This document shows, piece after piece, positions 53,688-64,000 of a stretch of 64,000 bases of DNA (within the stretch, counting starts at the first letter, position 1; each line of letters begins with the position of its first letter). A program made the position numbers and the translations under genes. The notes below the pieces were generated by a model, which saw only the letters and a program-made list of their open reading frames with translations, ran no database searches and was not told where the DNA came from. The stretch comes from Dimorphilus gyrociliatus (lineage: Eukaryota > Animalia > Annelida), in NCBI GenBank assembly GCA_904063045.1, contig CAJFCJ010000023.1, forward strand, positions 806,001-870,000, in the 5' to 3' direction.

Positions 53688-56600
53688 GTATTTGCGTTTG
53701 TCGAATTAACTGTTGATTTACCATTTCATTTTTCTCTTCACGTCGCTCGCTCTGTATCTGTCTCTATCTCTATCTCTATCTCTTTCTCTTTCTCTTTCTC
53801 TCTTTCCCTTTGTGCAAGTATGTCTGTTCGTGTTTGTATTTGTTTAATCCATCTGTCAAAATTATCTTGTACTATATTTAAATGAATGTAAAACAATTAC
53901 AATGTGTTCATTATGCAGTATACTGTATTATTATTATTATATTATTAGTATATATACATATATATTTCGAAATGTATGGTATATAACTAAGTATGGTTGT
54001 CGTGCTCAATCGACATAAGTTTTCTTCATTGTTGTTATCCTCGGTAAAAGGGAAAAAGAAGGGAAAAGAGTAGAAAGAAACACGGAAAACCAATATTTAA
54101 TACCTAAATTAGACTAGACTATAAACAAGAGATGGCGCTAGTTTTCAGACAGCAGACTTCTCGATAGGCAACTGCCTGGGAGGGGGGAAAGTATGAATGT
54201 AAAACAGTGATAGCTAACTTAAAGAGATTTTAGAAAGAAACGTAAAATTATTGCTGAGCAAGTTTTTTCCAAGTGATTCAAGTGATTTTATCTGAAAAAC
54301 TATACAAATATCAGAATAGAGCAAAACTATAAAACGATAAGGGAATAAGATTATGAAATTTTGGTGTCATATTTAAAGTTTACTTGTTTGTTTGTTTGTT
54401 TGTTTGTTTATTGGTTTTGTCAATTTTTTCCACATAATAACGCATTTATAAAATACAATTTCTTAATGAAGCGATTACGTAAATACGTCAATTAAATATA
54501 AAGATGATTTTGCATGGATCATTTGAAAATTAAAAAGAAAAAAGGGAGGAATAGTTCAACTCCCCATCCTAATAATTGTGGAATAAAAGAAGACATTTAA
54601 ATCGCCCAAAGCCAGGCAGATGTTGTCCGCTTCGGTCACGCCCACAGAGATATTAATTGTCTAAGAGTGAAGAAAAAGCTGAATTAATATGAAGAGGCGT
54701 CTCGGTGACAGCAACGAAGCTTTTAAGTTTAATGGTACTTATTAGCTTTTATTGTTTTCTAATAAAGCATCTGCACACTGTTTCTTTTTTTTTGTAATTC
54801 TCTATAGCAACTGTGAAATTTTCCAGTTTATAAACACGATATATAGCACATATATATATATTGGTATAGAGCATAATGCTTATAATTCTATACTATAATA
54901 AAAAAATCTATATTTTATTATTCTAAACACGGGAAAAGGAGAGAAAACGATAGGATTATAACCGGTTATGCATGGATGAAAAGGGACCAAAAATAGATGT
55001 TGTTGCCTTTGAAGAAAGCCCACTTTTCACATTTTTGATTGTTTAAAGACCAGAAGAATAAACCATTACAAAACAATTATCCACTTTTTTTTATACAATT
55101 ATTAAATATTAATACAGAAAAAGAATTGGTTTCTATTTGTTGTTTCTATATTTTTATCCATTAAACGCTGCCTTTTTAATAAAACGCTGATGTATCGTTT
55201 ATTTCCTTTGCTCGGTTTTTTTCTGTTTTTAGGCGGATAAGAAAAAAATAAAGTCAGGGGAAAAGATTTATACAAAGTGGAAAAAAATAAGGCGATTGGA
55301 AACCTGATTGGACTTGAAGCTTATATGCTGCAAGGCGTCTTTAATTTACCTACAATTGGACGCTTAAATTCCCACCATAAAAAGATTTAATTTCGCTTAT
55401 TCCTCTTAACGACTTCTTTTTTTTCTTCCTTTTGGATTTTCGGTTTAATTTTTGTATTTCTACGCAAAAAAAGAGTATATTGGTTTATTGAATGGGAGCT
55501 GTAGCCTGTTTTATAAGTTGAAACCTTTACGATTAATCAATTGGAAAGTTGGAGAGATGGGTAGAAAGATAGAGAGAGAGAGAGAGAGATGGCGAAAGAA
55601 GAATTGCATTAGCTTTAGATGGTCGCAAAATTTACGGATCAATTATCGACACCTTAGTAACGTATACAACGATTTTCTGAATTATTCTACATATGTTAAG
55701 ATAAACAGTGTCGCCCGCTTCACGACCGCAAAGCAAGTAAAAGAGAGAGAGGGAGAGAGAGAGCGAAAAATGAAACGGATAATAAAAAGCATTTTACCAA
55801 AAGGTTTATCTCTTGCACGCAGAATCATCTTATACAAAACCGGAATTAGATTCTTGGAAAAAATTTGTCTATTCGACTTACAATAGTAACGATCAATCGG
55901 GGTCGAAGAGAGGAGAAAATTGCTTCTATTGATGGTTTAGGTATCTAATTAAGAAGAAAACTAATTGAAAATTAATTATTTGTCACTAGTTAAAGTAGGG
56001 TTAGAGTAAAATGTACACTGAGAGTAAGAGAGAAGCATGCGCTAAAGCAAGGCTAACGATTAGCAATTAGCATTAAGACAATAAACATATATCGAAGTAT
56101 TGTTATAGGTAAGTTAATTAAAGAAGGTGAAGAGCTTTGCTTTATCTATCAATCCATCAGCTTGTGTATATGTCTTAAGCTCTTCTTTTATATATAGTTT
56201 ATATCGGCTACTGTGCATATAACAGATGTTTATCTCTCTCTCTCTCTTTTAACCCTATTCCATTCCCTTTACATGTGTAGTTGGAGTAATAATATTTCAT
56301 TCGCTTTATACTTAACAAAACAGGAAATGAAAAAATTAATATAACATAAATACAGACAATAGTCTCTTATTCGTATCTGTTTCTTCGCCACCGTCACTAA
56401 TTAATTAATTGATTAAGCTCTACTTTCTAGCCTAACCCTCTCCGTTCCATTCGGCTTGTAGGGAAAAACTTTACGTCGTTGAAAATTACACGAATCTTTT
56501 TTCCCTGAACTAACAAATCAACCTTTTTAGAACTGTATATACTTTTTTACGGTAATAAATAAACAAAATCCTTCCACCCCGTTTTCCCTTCCTCCTTCCT

Positions 56601-57301
56601 TTCTAATTACGAATGTTGCGTGTGTATTGTTTTCATCAGTTATCCGTCAATATTTTACTCAACAAAATTGTCCTAGAAAGAGGATTGTGAAAATGAACAG
56701 GTAAAAACTAATGGATTATTTTTGTTTTTTTTTGCAGGTAGTCAGCAGCAATAAAAAGACATATACTGCAAAAAAAGGAAAAATTGACTAAGAAAACGAG
56801 CTTGCATTTATAATAACTTTCTATTCAGTTTGTGTGAATATATTTACCTTCGACTCCTTCTCTATTTCATTCCCTTATTTATTCAGATCTTTTATATTAT
56901 TTAAAAAAAAGACCGTGTCTTATCCCTTTATAGTTAGGTATCGGAATGACACTCGAGAAAAGAAAATGTCGCTTCCCCTCTCTATTCTTCTCTCTTTTCC
57001 CCTTTCCCCTTTCCCTTATGAGCAAAGGATGAATTTTTTTTTAAAAGAAAACCACTTCTTTCTCTGCATTTAGGAATTAGCTTAATCTTTTTGGGATTGA
57101 AAAAACCTGGTAGACGGCTAACCATCAAAGACACATATGAAGAGGAAATTCGATTGGATTAGAGTTTAATTGCGCAGGAGATTTAATAAAAATCTTAATT
57201 GCGCAATAGTCATAACTAAGAAGAGATGTTTTTCATTATTTTTCTTCTTTTATTTCTTCTTTTATAACAAAATAACCAAATTAATATATTAAATAACTGC
57301 A

Positions 57302-59526
57302 TTATTTAATGAATTCCCAATTCTGGGATAACGAATCGTCGCAGTTTGCCAACTTGATTATTGATCCCATTTTAAGGCCGCTGACGTCCATACATAGTTT
57401 CGTAGGTATATGAACAAGTTGCTGGCCATCGATTTTAAATTTATCTCCTCCAACTAACGTGCTAGTACACGGCTCCATATATACGATATTTTCATCTTTA
57501 GTATTGCGCAATATTGCACAATTCTCTTCCGTTCTTAATTGACTAGTTTCGGTTAGAGTAAATATCTGTTTGTTTATAATTATTTTACATTATTTGTAAA
57601 AAATATTCGTATAAGTAGGCTAGTAGCTTTGCCTATTAGTTTGTAAGCTTAATACCTGATTAAAGCTATCCTGACAATAATAGACGCCCAGGTTGTAGCC
57701 TTTCCTAGGATTTCCGTTGAGCGAGTCTAGGCAAAAGTTTGTTGATGGATTTCGAATTTTTCCGTAGAATTTAACATTTTCATCGAGGATAAACTTTTGA
57801 GGGTAGACATTTTTCAAAAACCAAGAGAATGGATGGCAATTTAACTTTTTTCTCAGTTCAATTCTCTTGGAGACGTCTCCGAATTGCTTGTGTAAAAGAT
57901 CCTTCCTCTTAGCGTAAAAGAATCGTTTATATTCGTCCATCCAAACTTCGGCGACTCTTCTAGAATTAATGCCGTGGTAGTCGTACGTTTTACTTGGAAA
58001 CCCGTACGGATGAGTATCTCTGAAAATATGTCCAACTCTTGAACAGGGAATAAACTCAAGCGATCCACCGCATTGCCAAACTCTAAATGACATCTCTAGA
58101 TTTTCCCCACCCCAAATGTCCATACCTGGATCATAAGCGCCAATATGAAAGAAAAATTTCCTACTAATAGCTAAAAGTCCTCCGGCCATCGTTGGGGATC
58201 TTATAGGATCTATCCTTGTTTTTCTCCTCTTTAGTTCAAATTCTGGTACGGATTCCCAAGTGAAATGCATACTCCAAGTGAATCCACCGATAGACCCGCT
58301 CCCACCTCCGTAGTAGGCCAGTGTCGACGACGAGATCACATCAATCATTGGACAGAGTACGGCAGATTCTTTTTCGTGTATTCTTTTCATTAATGGTTCT
58401 ATCCAACCTTCGGACGCTTCGCAATGAGCGTCCAAAAATATGAGTACCTCCCCTGGAAGAGAACGAAACAAGCGAATGTAGTTGGATAATAAAAAGATAT
58501 TCTCCCCTTTTCATTAGGAGAGTTTTCTTTCGTAAAAGATGATAAAAAATCAGATTAAATCAACAATATTCTATATCGCGTACACTAAATAGAGTATAAA
58601 CATATACAGTATAATTTATATATAGTATATACAGTATATACAGTATATATATATATATATATACTGTATATTAAATGTGAAATCGATAACTTTACAACAA
58701 CCGTCATCGGCTACAGCTGATATCATTCAATCAATGCGTTTGAATTGAAGAATTTTACGAGACAAAAAAAAAGCTGGTTTAACGTATACATAAAAAACAA
58801 ATACTTGACACATATAACGTGGAGAGAAAGAACAGAGAGAGACAGAGAGAGAGAGGGCCAAAAAGACAAATTGTGGAGTCACTATTGACTTTTTGCATTA
58901 TTACCTCTGGCCTGTTCTGCTCCAAATATTTTAGCCCTGATAAGGCCACTTCTCTCTGGTGTCCTAACGATCCTAACGATGTTGTCGGGAAAAGTTTTAC
59001 GTAGATAATTTTGCAGTGGTTCAAAGAGTTCGGGCCTTGTGCTGGAATCATCCACTAATAAAACTTCGTGTAAAAGTTGCGGAGGTGACCTATTGACGAC
59101 GCTATGAACTGTTCTTAGAATAGCTGTCCACTCTTCGTTGAAATATATAATAACGACACTGGCTGCCGGATATTCATTGATATTATATTTTTCGTGTCTA
59201 CAGAGCTTATCTCTTCTATCCGGTATTCGCCTATCCAAACTTATCTTCCTGCTGGCTACGACGTTAAATCCTTCTTTCTTTATTTCGATATCGTGTTGTA
59301 TTTGTTCGTCTTTAGTGATATGAACAGCTTCGCCATTCTCTCCTGGCCCCTTAACTTGTCGATTCAGACTCTTTAAGTATCGCTTTAGTCGAAAAGCTTT
59401 CAACTCTTTTGAACTTATCGAGTGAATTGAATCTGTGTCAGGTTTCAGTAGAGAAACGATTATAAGTAGGGTACAACTTAGAGATAAAAAAACGAGGATT
59501 CTCCTGATTTTCCGCGGTAGCATCAT
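57302..59526 (-). CDS. GALNT: Polypeptide N-acetylgalactosaminyltransferase (GT27), 560 aa, 3 exons
   Basis: Exons 59526-58905, 58452-57656 and 57565-57302, phases 1/0 match. It has a type II N-terminal TM segment, GT-A motifs (SVVIIYFNE, LLVDD, FLDAHCE), the Gal/GalNAc-T motif (SPTMAGGLLA…DIWGGENLEMSFRVWQCGG…CSRVGHIFR) and a C-terminal ricin-B lectin ending QNWEF. Subfamily not assigned. Confidence 0.95.
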
Positions 59527-61567
59527 ACTATTCCTATTAATATTTCCACACCAGAGTCAAAAGTGGAATGAATTTCTTGAACAAATTTTCGAAGCAGCTG
59601 AGAAATGTATTGATGTTTTTATATACGAAAAATTCTCCTCATCTAAACTAAGCTGGGAAGAGAAAAAAATATTGAAATAAATAAACAAGAATCTTCGCTT
59701 TCTTAAAAATAATCTCAGCAATTATCTAACAAATAGTAAATAAAGCAGTTCGAGGCGGTCAGTTTCTTTTTGTTTCTTAACAGAAGTAGGCCTACACAAA
59801 GATTGCGATGCAATTATCAAATAAATAATATTATAATATAGAATAGAGAATAAAAGTTTGAACGTGTCTGGGAAAAGAAACGTTTTTGTTGATTTATAAG
59901 ATTGTCTATGTATAGAAAAATATCTATATATACAGTGTATATTCATTTACGTTGGCAAGGTGTCAAATATTCAAGCAGCTTTTTGGACTAATTCAATTGT
60001 TCAGAAAACGATAGCGTAAAGAATAGAGGTAGGAGGAGGAGGAATAGATGAGCGGGCAGACAAGTGTATACGACCGCAAAAGTATACCACTTGAACATAC
60101 TTGATAGTAAACATCGATTAAAAAAGCTATTGAAGAGAAATCTTAATGATTTAAAGAGAGACGTTAAAAGTGGGAAATGATTAAAAATATGCCAATTATA
60201 TTCTCTAACCCTGTTTCATTTTCTGTTGGAGAGTCCAATCAAATTTGTATAAAAAAAAGGCAACGTTAAGTAAATCTATCGTTCAAAACTGAAAATGTTC
60301 ACATTACCATGATCAAATGGAATATTTCGCTTAGGGCGGAAAAGCGCCATCTGCAGAACAAATACGATGTCGAAAAAACCTGGTAAAGTTGTTCGAACTT
60401 TTCGGAATTGAGAATAGGAAAAGTGCGAGGTTAGGCGGTTTTAAGGAGTGAGAATGATTGATTAATGATCTCTTAGAAGCCATTTATGACTTTTTAAAGA
60501 CGCTTTTGCGTTTTAGTCTAAGGAAATTTATCGACTGAGTAAATGCGCATAGTAAAAGAATCGATTATTGTTTAATTACGCCCACACGTAATAAAATATT
60601 ACTGATAAAAAGTGAGAATACGCGATAGCTAGTTATTATTATTATTAATATAATAATAATTGTAATTGTCCTTGTTATCATTATTATTGAGCCACCTATA
60701 TCACGGCTTGTGCATTTATTAATTCCTTATTTCTTCTCTTTTCCGCCTTCTTTTTTTTTCTTTCACCCCTTTTCCTTTCTATCCTTCTCCTTCTCCTTCT
60801 CTTTTCTTTTCAAAAGGAAAATTCTTCTCCGAAAACCCCATCATCATTGTTTCTCTTTATCCCTTCTCCTCTCTCTCCCTTTCTTAGGTATTTTCTAATT
60901 TATGATATTAAAAATAGAATTAAAAGAAAAAAGGACAAGATAAGAATAAAATGAAAGAAGAGGGAGAGAGAGAGAGATAGAGAGAGAAAAAAAAATATTG
61001 GTAAAACAAAATTAAATCTATTTGTCTTTTTTGTTTGACTTGATTGCTTTTGGACTTTGCTAAAAAGTCCGTGTAGTTGGATAGGAGATTTTTTTTTTCT
61101 TTTTTTTTTATTTCTATATTTATCTTTCTTTTATTCTTTTTCTATATCTCTCTTTCTCACTTTCTCCCTGTCTCTAAGTTTCTTTACCCCTCTCTCTCTC
61201 CCCCTCCCTTTCTACATGTACGCGTTTGCGATGCGTGTGTGTGTGTCTACTGTACATCTTTCTTTCTCTCTCTCTTCATTTTCCTACTCCTCCTCCTTCT
61301 AATATCTAACAACTATACAGCAGCAATTTTTTAAGAGGCAGGCGTCGGCCTTTGTACATAAAACAATTTAGAGTGTTTATTCAAGAAGAGAATAATTAAG
61401 GAAGGAGGAAATCTTATGCTCATATTTTTACGCTGTTTTTCTCAATCTCTTCAAGTTCATTCTCTCAATCTGAACTGAAAACGTAAACTGCATTTTAATT
61501 GGTGCAAAATAAAGAGAAAAAAATCTTGGTACAGAGTCGTCTCGACTTAAATGTTTAAGAGAGCAGC

Positions 61568-61598
<31 letters not shown>

Positions 61599-63107
61599 CT
61601 GCTGTAAAAATGTCTAACAACCTTAGCCTTCAAGACTAAGCAAGGTAATAAACAAGAATATATGTATAATATCTTTATATATATATATATATATATTTCT
61701 TTTGCAATTTACAAGTCATTATATAAATATACATATATAATTTATATATATATATATATATATATATGTATTAATTTATATATACATTAATTTATACATA
61801 TTCATATATATTTATATATCAAAAGAGGACAATTGTAACAGATTTACTACTGATCGATGTATCCATGGATTTTTAAATAGAATTGATAAGTTTACGTCAA
61901 GTCAATCAATATACAGCAAAACAGATTTACGATAGGAATGTCAAGGTGGTCGGTCACTTAAACAATTTCAATATTAACAGGGTCACTGATGGACTAATAG
62001 GTATATACAAACCAAAGAAAACTACAAGAAAAATTCTAATACAGTCTAAGGAACAGCAACGTAAAACAAACCGAAAGGAAGATGGGAAAGAGAAGAATGG
62101 TAGAGAAGGAGAGAGAAAGAGAAAGAGATAGATTGAATTATAATTTTCAAAGGATATTTGTTTATTACTGTTTCTTGTGAATCTATTAACGAGTCAGATA
62201 GGGACGCAATTAATTATTATTAGCAATTAATGACGGTAACACAAAAAAATGTGGGTCTAGTACGCCAACCAAAATATTACAAATAGGTCTAATTGCTTCC
62301 TCCAAGTTTTCTCTTTTTTTTCTTTATTGGATTGTAGATGCAAGAAAACATATCTATAGCTTTCAAAAAAGGTATTGCTATCATAACCACACAAGGTAAA
62401 CGTTTCGCCGTTATCTCGTCCTTTGCCTATTCTAGTTTCTATTTTTAGACGATTGTTTGCGGAATTCTAATGATTAATGTAAGATTAATATCTTTTCACT
62501 AAATGTTACTTAGATTATGTAATTTGATAATCAGGAAGACAAAGGTTGATTAGGTGTTGAGAAAGTGTAAGAGGTAATAAGTGATGGAGAAGGTGGAGGT
62601 GAAGGCGGAGGTGTTGTCTGAAGAAGGAAGAGAGAGGGATATAATTAACAATAACGCTAAGAATTTATTGTTTTAAAGAGTATTTCCTGTCATGCTAAAT
62701 TTTCAGATGTGAAAACTTAGATCTCCGGTAATTAAATGGAAGTGCGAGTAAAACAGACAGAAAGACTGTAAAGAGGGTCAATGAACGAATAAGAGACGAA
62801 GATTGCGCGTATATATATATATATATATGTAAGTATGTGTGTATGTATAGTATGTATAGTATGTATGTATGTATGTATAAGTGTGAAGAGAAGGAAAAAA
62901 AGAAAAAGAGACATAGAGATAGAGAAAGAGTGGATGCGAGAGAGAGAGAGAGAGAGAGAGTAGGGAGAGAAAAGAAAACTTGGGAGAGAGATGCTATTGG
63001 TTGCTGGCTATTGGAAAAAGAATTGATCGCTGAGTGGCGCCAAAAGCGATATATTTTGCAAAGAGCGGTAAAACGTCGTTAACCGTCCGCCAATCAACAA
63101 CTTAACC

Positions 63108-63576
63108 ATGGACGATTTCGAAGCTTTTAAATTGAGAGCATCCGGTAATTTTAGTTCTGCAGAAAAATTAAATTGTCCTGTTGAAGTGACTGTATCAGAA
63201 AGTGAGGATTTCCCCAGATCGAGAAGGAATAGCTTTTTTGGACCTAATGAGAACTTACTAACCGTACCTAACCAGTCAATTTATAAACGGCAAAGATCCA
63301 GATCTGCAGATATGGGAAGGGATAGATCGACACTAGGAGATATCAGGGAGAATGAAGAGGACTCGGAAAAATATGTCAGAGTTCGGAGTTTCTCTTGCAC
63401 GGAAGGAGGTCTTTTGAATCACGGTGATATTCTTCGTTTGAGAGAAGTGAGCAGAGACGCTATCGAAGCAGAAATAAAGGAACACAACATCCTTATAGTA
63501 GGTGCCTCCGGAGTGGGAAAGACGTCACTAGCTCAACAATTTGCAACTTCGGATTATCTCTGCGCACAAGCCGACG
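63108..63576 (+). CDS. Rgk: RGK-family small GTPase (Rad/Rem/Gem-like), first coding exon; gene continues beyond the window
   Basis: Long N-terminal extension with RVRSF…GGLLNHGD, then P-loop ILIVGASGVGKTSLAQQFATSDY, as in invertebrate RGK proteins. The donor gac g|gttggt is at 63577; the track ORF runs on into the intron. Confidence 0.8.
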
Positions 63577-64000
63577 GTTGGTATCTAGGGAATGCTATCA
63601 ATTGTTTCATAATCGTCGTAATTTGTCATCAGTTTGTTAGAAACGATTCGTTCAAGTAAAATCCCATTAAGAGGATCATTATAAAACGGTGTTAATGTAG
63701 AATATTTGTATATAATTGACGAGATTTTAGGCTTAATTAGAGTAAACATACGTTAGAAGAATAGCTAAATGTTGATAAATTTCTAACATTGCGTACTAAT
63801 AGCGTATTATAAAATCTACTACGGACTATATATGTTTATATGTTTTTACTAATATATTTGTGCACTGTCTACCTGATAAAAATGTCATAGGAACACGTAC
63901 TCAACGTATCAGATTCAGTCTTATTGAAAAGGGAAATTTTGCCCTTAAACAAACAGGTATTGGTAAGATGGTTATATTGTTTAAATTATACTTTTGACAT

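Noticed and set aside
55452-55886. 144-aa ORF
   Set aside because: Starts at TTG, is built partly from (AG)n tracts, and shows no domain or splice support.

Overview
AT-rich (roughly 70% A+T by eye), microsatellite-dense eukaryotic genomic DNA from an invertebrate animal. A cytoplasmic intermediate filament with a lamin-tail domain, a Bari-class homeobox and a (TTAGGG)n tract together suggest a non-arthropod, non-nematode protostome such as an annelid or other spiralian; this is inference only. By reading splice sites and matching intron phases by hand I assembled four family-assignable genes: a 9-exon cytoplasmic (neurofilament-type) intermediate filament (-), a Bari homeobox (+), a 3-exon GALNT (-) and the 5' exon of an RGK GTPase (+). 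There is also a ZU5/death-domain ORF (-). Several spliced genes are missing or only fragmentary in the ORF track: a 72-aa secreted peptide precursor with a predicted amidated C-x6-C peptide, a 91-aa six-cysteine eclosion-hormone-like precursor, a 159-aa putatively myristoylated stathmin-like orphan, and an orphan gene at 1-2.5 kb. Other notable signals are a pair of apparently mutually exclusive exons in the IF gene, many TA-CAG-TA/TA-CTG-TA insertions in (TA)n runs that resemble Tc1/mariner excision footprints, and a recurrent AGRTGGCG (YY1/CTCF-like) motif. I recognised no tRNA, rRNA, CRISPR array or intact transposase. All gene models and motif counts are manual and have not been validated by any search.
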